DNA from: Chloracidobacterium sp. UBA6041
GTDB lineage: Bacteria > Acidobacteriota > Blastocatellia > Pyrinomonadales > Pyrinomonadaceae
Assembly (NCBI GenBank): GCA_002427845.1
Contig: DIYZ01000279.1
Location: forward strand, 1 to 62,234
Reading direction: 5' to 3'
DNA: 62,234 nt
The stretch's first letter is position 1, and the number at the start of each line of letters is the position of its first letter. Of the stretch, positions 46,622-55,960 are shown in pieces. The notes beneath the pieces are model-generated. The model was not told the DNA's origin and ran no database searches. It worked only from the letters and a program-made list of their open reading frames with translations. The translations under genes were made by a program, and so were the position numbers.

Positions 46622-49129
46622 CTACTGCCGCAATTCTACGAGGGTGGCCCCAGAGCCACCCTGATCCTGCGGCGCGGCAGCGAAGCGCGCAACGTGCGGA
46701 TGATCCTGCAACATCTCAGCGATTGCGCGGCGCAACGCCCCGGTGCCGTGGCCATGCACGATTCGCACCTGGCTCCGACTCCCGAGCGACGCCTCGTCAA
46801 GAAACTTGTCTACCGCGTCAACCGCTTGATCAGTCGTTTGCCCGATCACGTTCAGCTCAGTTCGGCCGTTTCCCTCTGTAGCTTTCAGATGGATTTCGGT
46901 GCCCCGTGATTGACGCAGACTGGCGAACTTTTCGGTTTTGGATTTCGCAGGATCTGCCAGTTCGACCAGTTCGAGGTTATCAAGCTTTTCCCTGAAGCGC
47001 AGAGACTTAACGCGCACTTCAGCTTCATCGCCTTTCAAACTATCAACAATTCCTATTGAGCCAAACGAGCGAAGCTTCACTTTATCACCCACAACAATTT
47101 CGCGTGCTGCACCGGAGACATAGCGCACATCCTCGGCCTCGTTAGCCGCCAGATTCGCATCACTACTATCTTTTTGAACGAACTGTCCATCACGCATCAC
47201 CCGCACGCCGCGCCCACTGGTGCTCGGGACGGCACTCGCCGACGGTTCCCGCTTGCGCCCTTCACTCGTGGCGCGTTGTGCTTCACGTTTCAGCTCCGCA
47301 ACGCGGCGTTGCGATTCACGTTCGACCTTCAAACGTTCCGAACGATCCTGGATCGTGGCTACAAGCTCGCGTGATCGCTTTTCAAATTCATGGATCGTGA
47401 TGTCCAGGGATTTTTGAAACAAGGCCTGCCGTTCGCGTTCCCGCCGTTCAGCTTGCTTATCGAGCGAAGCAAATTTCTCGGCCACGGCCGCACGCTCCTC
47501 CTCAAGCGTCTGGCGCAAACTTTTAGCCTCTTCCGCTTCGCGTTTAATTCGGCGCAAATATTCCGAAGCTTGCCGCGTCGAATCTTTTACTGACTCCAAC
47601 GCGACGTCTATTACCAGGCCTGGCATGCCAAACCTCCTCGCGATCTCAAGACCCGAAGACGCGCCCGCTACACCGATAAGAAGCCGGTAAGTTGGCTGCA
47701 AAGTCTTTTCATCAAACTCCACGCTCGCGTTAAGCACGCCTTCTTCATTCGCGGCGTACATCTTCAGACCGCTGTAATGCGTGGTGGCCATGACATGCGC
47801 GCCGCAAACTTTACGAAAGTGATCGACCACAGCTACGCCCAGTGCCGAGCCTTCTTCAGGATCAGTGCCGGTGCCGACCTCATCAAGCAGTACCAGCGCG
47901 GGTGGTTCACACAATTCAATCATGCGCGAGATGTTTGCGACGTGCGAAGTGAAGGTCGAAAGATTCGCCGCGAGCGATTGATGGTCGCCGATGTCGGCGA
48001 GCACCGAAGCATAATGTGGAATCCGGGCTTCGCGTGCGGGAACCGACAAGCCGGAAAGTCCCATCAATGAAAGTAGTCCTGCTGTTTTGAGCACTACGGT
48101 CTTGCCGCCGGCATTCGCACCCGAGATCACAATGGCGTCGTGGTTTTCATCAAGCGAGAAACTTACGGGCACAACCGCGCCGCCGGAGCCGCGAAGGTTT
48201 TCTTCGAGCAGCGGGTGACGCGCTTCGATTAATTCGAGACGGGTGGTTCCAGTTTCCGGAATCACGCAATTGAATTTTTGATGAAAGACCGCCTTGGCGT
48301 TTATCAAGTCCAGCTCGGCGACTGCTTGAGCGGCCAATTCAATACTCGGCAACTGCCCGCGCAATTCTTCAGTTAAGCCAAACAGGATTTTGAAAATTTC
48401 GCGCGCTTCTGATTCGTGAAGCGCTTGCAGCTCGTTATTCGCTTCAATTGTTTCGAGAGGCTCAACGAAAGCCGTAGCTCCGGATGAAGAGTAACCGTGC
48501 GCCACACCGTTGACGCGTGCCCGGTGATCGGATTTAACCGGGATTACGAAACGGTCGTTGCGAATCGTGACCAGTTCATCCTGGATGGCCTCTCCCGACT
48601 TGCGCATCACACTTTCGAGCGCGCGGGTGATGCGCGAACGCAGGGAGGCAATCTCATGGCGTATTTTCGCCAGCTCGGGACTTGCGCGATCGTCTATTTC
48701 GCCAGTTGGCAAGATCTTGTTGGCGATACGGGCACTTAGTCGATTCAATTCGGGCGGCAAACTTCCGATTAAGTTCCACAACACTGGCGAAGCTTCGCGC
48801 TCGGCGAGAATTGCTGCGCGCGCCGACATCGCCTGTTCACAGAGTGATCTGATTTCGAGAATTGCAGTCGACTCCAGGGTCGCGCCTTCCACTTGCAGCA
48901 ATGCAATTTTTTCTGACGGATCACTAAGCTCACTGAACGTCCAGGCAGATCCTCGTTTTCGTAAATTGACACACTCCGCCAGCGCCGCAAGCTTCCCCTG
49001 CAAGTCGGCATTATTCCTTAGCGGCCGGAGCGCAGCCGCGCGCGCCTTACCCATGGGCGTCTGGGCGCCGCGCCGGATCAGCCCCAGGAGCTCATGATAT
49101 TCAAGGATTGAAAAAGCCTGTTCGTGCAT
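46622..49129 (-). CDS. mutS2: endonuclease MutS2 (MutS domain V ATPase plus Smr)
   Basis: Walker A GANAGGKT and a C-terminal Smr domain VRIVHGHGTGALR. Confidence 0.9.
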   Translation of the reverse strand: MHEQAFSILEYHELLGLIRRGAQTPMGKARAAALRPLRNNADLQGKLAALAECVNLRKRGSAWTFSELSDPSEKIALLQVEGATLESTAILEIRSLCEQAMSARAAILAEREASPVLWNLIGSLPPELNRLSARIANKILPTGEIDDRASPELAKIRHEIASLRSRITRALESVMRKSGEAIQDELVTIRNDRFVIPVKSDHRARVNGVAHGYSSSGATAFVEPLETIEANNELQALHESEAREIFKILFGLTEELRGQLPSIELAAQAVAELDLINAKAVFHQKFNCVIPETGTTRLELIEARHPLLEENLRGSGGAVVPVSFSLDENHDAIVISGANAGGKTVVLKTAGLLSLMGLSGLSVPAREARIPHYASVLADIGDHQSLAANLSTFTSHVANISRMIELCEPPALVLLDEVGTGTDPEEGSALGVAVVDHFRKVCGAHVMATTHYSGLKMYAANEEGVLNASVEFDEKTLQPTYRLLIGVAGASSGLEIARRFGMPGLVIDVALESVKDSTRQASEYLRRIKREAEEAKSLRQTLEEERAAVAEKFASLDKQAERRERERQALFQKSLDITIHEFEKRSRELVATIQDRSERLKVERESQRRVAELKREAQRATSEGRKREPSASAVPSTSGRGVRVMRDGQFVQKDSSDANLAANEAEDVRYVSGAAREIVVGDKVKLRSFGSIGIVDSLKGDEAEVRVKSLRFREKLDNLELVELADPAKSKTEKFASLRQSRGTEIHLKATEGNGRTELNVIGQTTDQAVDAVDKFLDEASLGSRSQVRIVHGHGTGALRRAIAEMLQDHPHVARFAAAPQDQGGSGATLVELRQ

Positions 49130-49353
49130 AAACTCAGCGAATAAGGACGAGTGAAGAGTGATTCAGCAGGGCAACGGCATTGACCGCGCCATCTGGAATT
49201 CTCTGATTGTCGTGCGATTTCGATTCTAACATTCAGGCGCGAAATTCACATTCAGTCGAGAACAGAGAAAGCATTGTTCCACCCGGGTATCGCATGCGCT
49301 TGGGAGAAATGTTGTGGAATCGGTTGGCATGCGCGGTGATGCAGGTGGCGAGT

Positions 49354-49848
49354 TTATGAGGTCTGGAAACGACGCCGGCGCCGCTCGCGCCCCTGAATTG
49401 CGGTTGGGAAGAGTTCCTTCACGTTGAGAATGTTTATCTCACCGCCTCCATGATTCAGAACGCCTGAGACAAGTGTTCCCGCCCTTTCTCGCGTTGCGGC
49501 GAATTCGTCGTCCGCGATCTCGATGAGTTCGCCCAAATTTTCCACCGCCAGCGCCAGTTGCTCATCACCGCGCAGCGCGACGATGTGTTGGAACGGTTCA
49601 TCGCTTGATGAAGATTCGCCGAGCAGCGTCGCGAGATCAAAGACTGTCAACATTCGGGCCTGAACGCTCGCCACACCAAGTACAGATTTCGGCGCGTGTG
49701 GCAAGGGAGTCGGCTCGCGCCAATCGACGATAGCGGCGATCTCATCCGCAAGAATGGCGAACTGAACAGAACCCGCGCGAAGGAGTTGCAGCTTGCGAAT
49801 TTTCCCTCCACAGCTTGGCTCATCGGAATCGTGTAGACTTTTGTTCAT
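49354..49848 (-). CDS. cheW: CheW-like coupling protein
   Basis: 164-aa ORF with a CheW-like fold pattern: LLRAGSVQFAILADEIAAIV..PHAPKSVLGVASVQARMLTVFDLATLLG. Confidence 0.75.
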   Translation of the reverse strand: MNKSLHDSDEPSCGGKIRKLQLLRAGSVQFAILADEIAAIVDWREPTPLPHAPKSVLGVASVQARMLTVFDLATLLGESSSSDEPFQHIVALRGDEQLALAVENLGELIEIADDEFAATRERAGTLVSGVLNHGGGEINILNVKELFPTAIQGRERRRRRFQTS

Positions 49849-50066
49849 GTGTTAATAGGACCGCTCCAGGCGCATTCTAGTGTACTCAACAATGCGCCGG
49901 CTAAGAAAACGGCGTTGCTCGTGTTTACCATCGCCCCAGTCTCTGGCGACTTCCTGTTTGCGCAGATAGAATAGCTTTGCAAGTAACTCCCCAAAACCAT
50001 TGTCGTTAATCCGCGCCGCAGGATAGATAGCCGGTGAGCAGCGGCGCGGCGGAAAGGCTTCTTTAG

Positions 50067-50432
50067 ATGGATGAATTCGACCGTTACCGGGCGGACATGA
50101 ACGAAAAACTGCTCGGCAGCAATCATCTCGGAATCAAGCGGTTCTTCGCGCTCGACACGCAAGCCTACGAAGATGGCGCCCTCGACAAACGCACGAAGGA
50201 ATTGTTGGGCTTAGTGGCTTCTATCGTGCTGCGCTGCGATGATTGCATTACCTATCACGTCAAACAGTGTGTCACGGCCGGCGTGACCAGGCCCGAGTTT
50301 CTCGACGCCTTCAATGTTGCCCTTGTTGTCGGTGGCTCGATAACCATTCCCCATTTACGCCGCGTCGTCGATTGCCTGGACCAGATTTTAGCGGGTACGA
50401 TTGATAACTCAACGCCACATACGCACGCTTAG
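50067..50432 (+). CDS. carboxymuconolactone decarboxylase (AhpD-like) family protein
   Basis: 121-aa ORF with KELLGLVASIVLRCDDCITYH (CxxC). Confidence 0.8.
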   Translation: MDEFDRYRADMNEKLLGSNHLGIKRFFALDTQAYEDGALDKRTKELLGLVASIVLRCDDCITYHVKQCVTAGVTRPEFLDAFNVALVVGGSITIPHLRRVVDCLDQILAGTIDNSTPHTHA

Positions 50433-50511
50433 AACTGGCGACCGTCGCCTGGGAAACCGGACACAAAAAATGTGACGACCGAAACACAACTATCTTCGTA
50501 TACCCACTGTC

Positions 50512-52578
50512 TTGAAAAGCAACAACCACATTAGTCGACTGGTCAGAACTGTTTGCATGGTTGCGCTCGCGACCGTTTTATTTCTTTCCTATTCATCTAA
50601 CTCGACTTACATGAAGGGTTCTATTATGTCTGCTCAGGAGAAGGTTCGCGTGCGTGCGCCGGAACTAACCGGCGGTCGTGGCTGGCTTAACACCGATAAG
50701 CCGCTTTCGCTTCAGGCGCTCAAAGGAAAAGTGGTGCTGCTGGATTTCTGGACCTATGGCTGCATCAACTGCATTCATATCATTCCAGACCTAAAACGGC
50801 TCGAAGCGAAGTATCCAAACCAGCTCGTGGTTATCGGTGTTCACTCTGCCAAGTTTGAAAATGAAAAGGACACCGAAAACATCAGGCGCATCATTTTGCG
50901 ATATGAATTGGAGCATCCGGTTTACAACGATGCGGAATTTACGGTTTGGCAAAGCTATGGCGTGCGCGCCTGGCCCACGCAGGTTTTGATCGACCCCGCC
51001 GGGTATGTAATCGGCGGAGTTTCAGGCGAAGGCAACTACGAGCTCATCGATCAAGTCGTAGCCAGGGCTGTTGATGAATTTCGCAAGCGCGGCGAACTCA
51101 ACGAAGAACCGCTGAAGCTAACGCTGGAACGCGCCAAGGTGGGGGACATGCCACTCGCCTTTCCCGGCAAGCTTCTGGCCGACGCCAGGAGCGATCGTCT
51201 GTATATCGCTGACTCAAATCACAATCGCATCGTCATAACGAAACTGGACGGCACGCTGGTCGACATAATAGGAACGGGGACGCGCGGAGCGGCGGATGGC
51301 GCCTTCGACAAGACCAGTTTTTATCGACCGCAAGGCCTGGCGCTCGACGGCGACAGTTTGTACGTGGCGGATACGGAGAATCACTTGATTCGCCGCGTTG
51401 ATTTAAAGTCGAAGACAGTCGAGACAGTGGCGGGGACCGGCCGGCAATCGCGCGACTATTTCCAACACGGCCCGGCACGAACCATCGACTTGAGTTCGCC
51501 CTGGGATGTGCAACTCGTCGGACGGCAGCTTTACATCACCATGGCCGGCACGCATCAGATTTGGCAGCTGGATCTCGACAAGCACGAGGTCTCGACTTTC
51601 GCCGGCTCTGGTCGGGAAGCGCGACAGGACGGGCCGCTGCTCCAAGCCGGGTTCGCGCAGCCTTCGGGCATTGCTTCTGACGGTAAACGACTCTATATCG
51701 CGGACAGCGAGTCGAATATTATCCGTCAGATCGATATAGCCAGCGGTCAAGTCGAAACACTGGTGGGTGGCGACTTGTTTGAGTTTGGCGATGTTGACGG
51801 CGCCGGTGATGACGTCCGTTTACAACATCCTCTTGGTGTGTTTTCTGCCGGCGACAAAATACTGATCGCCGATACTTACAATCACAAGATCAAAGAACTC
51901 GATCCCAAAACGCGGTCAGTCAAAACATTCCTCGGCGTCGGCAAGCCGGGACAATCCGACGGCGTCCCGGCGTCTTTCTACGAACCTGCGGGTTTGAGTA
52001 TTGCAAACGGCAAGCTTTACATCGCCGACACGAACAACCATGCCATTCGAGTGGTGGATTTGAAAACTAAAGAGACTTCTACGTTGCGAGTCAAAGGACT
52101 TGAGCCGCCCACGGTATTGGTCCAATTGCCAAATGATGAGGGGGCGCCAAACGCGCAAGAGATCAAAATTGCTACGCAGCATCTTCGCGGACACAGCAAC
52201 GGAGAGCTGGTTGTCAATATTGAGCTGCCACCGGGTTATCACCTTAATCCCGCAGCGCCACAACGTTATCGAGTTTCAGTGGAAACTGGCGAGCAGCGAC
52301 TCGGCCTGATCTCGGCTTCCATAATCGGAGTGATCGGACGCGACACGAGCGTAAGCCAGACGTCGAAGAGTCTCCAGTTTCCTTTACGAATTCCCTTCCA
52401 CGCCTTTGAACCTGGCGCGGCTGAACTTCGCGTGCAGCTCACGCTCTTCTATTGCCGCGAAGACAACACCGGCACCTGCCGCATAAAGACATTTGTGTGG
52501 CGCGTACTCGTGGAAGTTACAAACGATGCGAGCGCGGCAAAAGAAATGAGTATTCAGGGAAAACTCACCGCTGATTAA
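50512..52578 (+). CDS. thioredoxin-like domain plus NHL-repeat beta-propeller protein (NHLRC2-like)
   Basis: GKVVLLDFWTYGCINCIHIIPDL, then NHL repeats LYIADSNHNRIV, LYVADTENHLIRRV, LYIADSESNIIRQI, ILIADTYNHKIKEL, LYIADTNNHAIRVV. The start is uncertain (TTG 50512 or ATG 50557/50611/50626). Confidence 0.85.
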   Translation: MKSNNHISRLVRTVCMVALATVLFLSYSSNSTYMKGSIMSAQEKVRVRAPELTGGRGWLNTDKPLSLQALKGKVVLLDFWTYGCINCIHIIPDLKRLEAKYPNQLVVIGVHSAKFENEKDTENIRRIILRYELEHPVYNDAEFTVWQSYGVRAWPTQVLIDPAGYVIGGVSGEGNYELIDQVVARAVDEFRKRGELNEEPLKLTLERAKVGDMPLAFPGKLLADARSDRLYIADSNHNRIVITKLDGTLVDIIGTGTRGAADGAFDKTSFYRPQGLALDGDSLYVADTENHLIRRVDLKSKTVETVAGTGRQSRDYFQHGPARTIDLSSPWDVQLVGRQLYITMAGTHQIWQLDLDKHEVSTFAGSGREARQDGPLLQAGFAQPSGIASDGKRLYIADSESNIIRQIDIASGQVETLVGGDLFEFGDVDGAGDDVRLQHPLGVFSAGDKILIADTYNHKIKELDPKTRSVKTFLGVGKPGQSDGVPASFYEPAGLSIANGKLYIADTNNHAIRVVDLKTKETSTLRVKGLEPPTVLVQLPNDEGAPNAQEIKIATQHLRGHSNGELVVNIELPPGYHLNPAAPQRYRVSVETGEQRLGLISASIIGVIGRDTSVSQTSKSLQFPLRIPFHAFEPGAAELRVQLTLFYCREDNTGTCRIKTFVWRVLVEVTNDASAAKEMSIQGKLTAD

Positions 52579-52581
52579 AAA

Positions 52582-52737
52582 GCGGCTTTGCCGCCTTCCG
52601 TGCGGAAAGGCTAAGCCTTTCCGGTAAGCGCCTAAATTTTATAATGAGGCTGCGCCTCCAGAGCTGAGGCGTAGCCTCGAGAAATTAAGAGCGGACGGAA
52701 AGCCGTAGGCTTTCCGCACGGAGAGCGGCCAAGCCGC
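52582..52737. repeat. dyad-symmetric cluster of six tri-loop mini-hairpins
   Basis: H1 gcggc-ttt-gccgc 52582-52594. H2 cggaaaggc-taa-gcctttccg 52603-52623. H3 gaggc-tgc-gcctc 52646-52658. H4 gaggc-gta-gcctc 52666-52678. H5 cggaaagcc-gta-ggctttccg 52696-52716. H6 gcggc-caa-gccgc 52725-52737. Confidence 0.8.
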
Positions 52738-52861
52738 AAAATCTGTCGCGAGGACAAGCGAAGACGAACGGGCATGACTTTAAGTCACGGGTTGACTTGC
52801 TCCCCATGCACGAGGCGAGTAACATCAAGCTTCCCCTAATTTAATCACCAGGAGTAAAGCC

Positions 52862-53428
52862 GTGGCTGACCAACCAGGAGTAAAACCTGTGCCTGATAAA
52901 CCATTTCTTACCGACATCAAAACTTTACGCGAGCGCGCCCGCCAACACATTGAAAAAGGCGCCGTAACCGAAGGGTACCGGGCTGACCGCGACACAGTCG
53001 TCAAAATATTGAACGAAGCACTGGCGACTGAAATAGTCTGCGTGTTGCGTTACAAGCGGCATTATTTCATGGCTACCGGCATCAACGCTGAAAGCGTCGC
53101 CGCGGAGTTTTTACAACACGCCAATGAGGAGCAGGGACACGCGGATCAGATTGCTCAACGTATCGTGCAATTGGGTGGCGAGCCCAACTTCAATCCCGAT
53201 GGCCTGACAACGCGCAGCCACGCGGAATATGTGGAGGGTGAAACGCTCTTAGACATGATCAAAGAAGATTTAGTTGCCGAACGCATTGCGATCGACAGCT
53301 ATCGCGAGATGATCAACTATGTCGCCAACGACGATCCGACTACGCGCCGCATGCTGGAGGGCATTCTGGCGATGGAAGAAGAACACGCTGACGATCTGGT
53401 GAGCCTGCTGGAAACAATGGGCAACTAG
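52862..53428 (+). CDS. ferritin-like (bacterioferritin-related) domain protein
   Basis: 188-aa ORF with GTG start 7 nt after AGGAG. Di-iron-type motifs EEQGHADQIAQRI and MEEEHADDL. Confidence 0.75.
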   Translation: MADQPGVKPVPDKPFLTDIKTLRERARQHIEKGAVTEGYRADRDTVVKILNEALATEIVCVLRYKRHYFMATGINAESVAAEFLQHANEEQGHADQIAQRIVQLGGEPNFNPDGLTTRSHAEYVEGETLLDMIKEDLVAERIAIDSYREMINYVANDDPTTRRMLEGILAMEEEHADDLVSLLETMGN

Positions 53429-53514
53429 ACGATATTCGTGGAACGGATTACTTCGTTCGGAAACTTCAGCTTAAAATCCTTTTGCATTAACATTTCATTT
53501 TTCCAAACTCTGGG

Positions 53515-53544
53515 GCGTGATGCTTTCGATCCGAAGCATCACGC
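53515..53544. other. 11-bp stem hairpin gcgtgatgctt-tcgatccg-aagcatcacgc
   Basis: Perfect inverted repeat 19 nt upstream of the rhomboid ORF start. Confidence 0.5.
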
Positions 53545-53562
53545 TTGTTAGCGTAAAGACAC

Positions 53563-54930
53563 TTGCGTAATAACCCGCCAAACGAAGCCGGCAAAAATTC
53601 CAATGCCGGCCGCCCTTCGATGTGTCGCAGTTGCGGCGCGATCATCGGCGGGGGGCAACCGCAATGCGCCGTTTGCGGCGCGTCGGTTACCGGTCCCGCT
53701 ACGGACCCGGGTCAACCTCGCGTGGCTGCCGACGGCGAGACGATGCGATTTGCGCGGGCGGTCTTAAGCCGGCCTTATAAATTCACGATCATTCTGCTGA
53801 TGGCGAACTTTTTTGTCTTCCTGTTGATGTGGGAGGCGAGCGGAACAACTGGCGGGTCGCTATGGGGGTTTCCCGAACCTGTGCTGGTGGCCTTTGGCGC
53901 GAAAGTGAACTTCCTAATCAATCAACAGCATCAGTGGTGGCGATTTGTCACGCCGATGTTTGTGCACGTGAATCTGCTGCACGTGCTCGTTAACATGTAC
54001 AGTTTGTGGATTGTTGGTCCATATGTTGAAAAGCTTTACGGCTCGGCAAAATTCATTGTCTTCTGGGTGCTGACCGGCGTGGCCGGCGTCCTTGCCAGTT
54101 ATCTGACTGTCAGGCCCGGGCTCTCTGTCGGTTCAATGGGACGTTTCCTCTTTAAGACTGCTGACGTGCCGTCCGCGGGGGCATCGGGTGCGCTCTTCGG
54201 GCTGGTTGGAGTGCTGTTTGTCTTCGGCATTAAGTTTCGCCACGAGCTACCCGAAGGCTTCAAACGCGCGTTTGGCACGGGCTTGTTACCGATGATAATG
54301 CTCAATCTATTCATCGGATACGTGGGCCGCGGCTTTATCGATAACGCAGCACACCTCGGGGGTATGATCTCGGGTGGAATTCTGGCCGTCGCCGTTGGCT
54401 ATCAGAGACCAGGTGAAAAATCAGGTATCACGACGCTGTGGCAGGTACTGCAAATTGCCGCAATCGCTCTCGTCGCTATCAGTTTCATAAAGACCGGGCA
54501 GCATTACGGAGATCCTTTGCCGCCACCATTGGTGGCCGTGCAGCCGGTTCAATCTGTAAACCCAAAAAACGACAAGTTTGTTTCCTACGCGAAAGCAATG
54601 AATGATGCTCAGGAAGCGTTTTACCTGGTCGTGAATGATGGCGATGTAGCCAGCGCAGAGCGTGCTGTTAAAGATCTCCAGGCAGCGCCGCAACTCGATG
54701 CAACGGCCGACGAGCTGAAAAACAGGTTGCAGGCACTGCTGATCAAGGCCAGGGAAATGAAAGCTGCACAGAATTCCGGCACGCCTGACATAAAAAATCC
54801 GCAACCGGGACGCGATCTAACAACCAGTTTCGTTGCCTGGAGCAGGGACTATAATGCCTGGCTGAAAACCAGCGGTAGAAAATATAGCAGTCTAACCAAA
54901 CTGGCCGGGTCAGAATCGCCGCCAAAGTAA
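53563..54930 (+). CDS. rhomboid family intramembrane serine protease with N-terminal zinc ribbon
   Basis: CRSCGAIIGGGQPQCAVCG, catalytic GASGALFGL and HLGGMISG. The C-terminal region is soluble. Start is TTG 53563 or ATG 53620. Confidence 0.85.
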   Translation: MRNNPPNEAGKNSNAGRPSMCRSCGAIIGGGQPQCAVCGASVTGPATDPGQPRVAADGETMRFARAVLSRPYKFTIILLMANFFVFLLMWEASGTTGGSLWGFPEPVLVAFGAKVNFLINQQHQWWRFVTPMFVHVNLLHVLVNMYSLWIVGPYVEKLYGSAKFIVFWVLTGVAGVLASYLTVRPGLSVGSMGRFLFKTADVPSAGASGALFGLVGVLFVFGIKFRHELPEGFKRAFGTGLLPMIMLNLFIGYVGRGFIDNAAHLGGMISGGILAVAVGYQRPGEKSGITTLWQVLQIAAIALVAISFIKTGQHYGDPLPPPLVAVQPVQSVNPKNDKFVSYAKAMNDAQEAFYLVVNDGDVASAERAVKDLQAAPQLDATADELKNRLQALLIKAREMKAAQNSGTPDIKNPQPGRDLTTSFVAWSRDYNAWLKTSGRKYSSLTKLAGSESPPK

Positions 54931-54960
54931 TCTGAGTCTGAGAACTAAGAGGAGAAAGAG

Positions 54961-55854
54961 ATGGAAATTAAGAGAGTGGGTGTATTGGGCTGCGGACTGA
55001 TGGGTTCGGGTATAGCTCAAACTGCGGCGAGCGCGGGATTTGAAACTATCGTGCGAGAAGTTTCCGATGAGTTGCTGCAAAAAGGATTTGCGGGAATTGA
55101 AAAGTCGCTTTCCAGGTTTGCCGAGAAGGGCACCATCACTGCGGAGCAACAGAAGGCCATTCGCGATCGCTTGTCCGGCACCACATCTTTTGCAGACCTT
55201 GCCGATTGCGACATCGTGATCGAAGCGATTATTGAGAACATTGAAGAGAAAAGAAAGACGTATGCAGAGCTTGACCGCATATGTAAGCCGGAAACGATCT
55301 TCGCGTCTAATACTTCGTCGATCTCGATTACGGAGATGATGACGGCAACATCACCCAGCCGACAACAGCGCTTCATTGGTCTGCACTTTTTCAATCCCGT
55401 ACCGATCATGAAGCTGGTCGAAGTTGTGAAAACGATATTGACCGACGACGCCATCTACGAACGGGCAATTGAGTTTGGCAAGCAACTGGGGAAGGTGCCG
55501 GTGCGGGCCGGCGACAAGACCGGGTTCATCGTCAATCGCCTGCTCGTGCCTTATATGCTCGATGCCATTCGAGCGCTGGAAGAAGGTGTCGGTTCGATTG
55601 TGGATATAGATACGTCGATGAAGCTCGGTCTGGGTTATCCGATGGGTCCGTTTACCTTAGGCGACTTCGTTGGCCTGGACACGACCTACTACATTGCCGA
55701 AATCATGTTCAACGAGTTTCGCGAGAAGCGATTTGCGCCCCCGCCATTATTGAAGCGTATGGTATTAGCAGGTTTGTATGGACGGAAATCCGGCCGCGGG
55801 TTTTACGACTACACGAAAGATCCAAAAAATCCGACGCCGATGAAGTTGGTATAG
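54961..55854 (+). CDS. hbd: 3-hydroxybutyryl-CoA / 3-hydroxyacyl-CoA dehydrogenase
   Basis: VGVLGCGLMGSGIAQ, FFNPVPIMKLVEV, GFIVNRLL. Confidence 0.9.
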   Translation: MEIKRVGVLGCGLMGSGIAQTAASAGFETIVREVSDELLQKGFAGIEKSLSRFAEKGTITAEQQKAIRDRLSGTTSFADLADCDIVIEAIIENIEEKRKTYAELDRICKPETIFASNTSSISITEMMTATSPSRQQRFIGLHFFNPVPIMKLVEVVKTILTDDAIYERAIEFGKQLGKVPVRAGDKTGFIVNRLLVPYMLDAIRALEEGVGSIVDIDTSMKLGLGYPMGPFTLGDFVGLDTTYYIAEIMFNEFREKRFAPPPLLKRMVLAGLYGRKSGRGFYDYTKDPKNPTPMKLV

Positions 55855-55856
55855 CA

Positions 55857-55955
55857 GTTTCGAGTTTCGGGTTTCGAGTTTCGAGTTGCCTCCCAGGGGA
55901 TCGACGCACGACCACATTCAACCCGGAACTCGGAAACTCGGAACTCGAAACTAGT
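55857..55955. repeat. inverted pair of heptamer arrays (GTTTCGA x4-5 / AACTCGG x5) forming an imperfect long hairpin
   Basis: gtttcga gtttcgg gtttcga gtttcga gttgcct ... aacccgg aactcgg aaactcgg aactcga aactagt. It fills the hbd-crotonase spacer. Confidence 0.85.
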
Positions 55956-55960
55956 AACGC

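Noticed and set aside
49845-50162. 105-aa minus-strand ORF whose stop overlaps the cheW start (ATGA).
   Set aside because: Its 5' third overlaps the divergent AhpD-like gene. The sequence is Cys/Trp/Arg-rich with no recognisable fold, and the ATGA overlap alone is not enough. A short upstream peptide (from ATG 50000) cannot be excluded.
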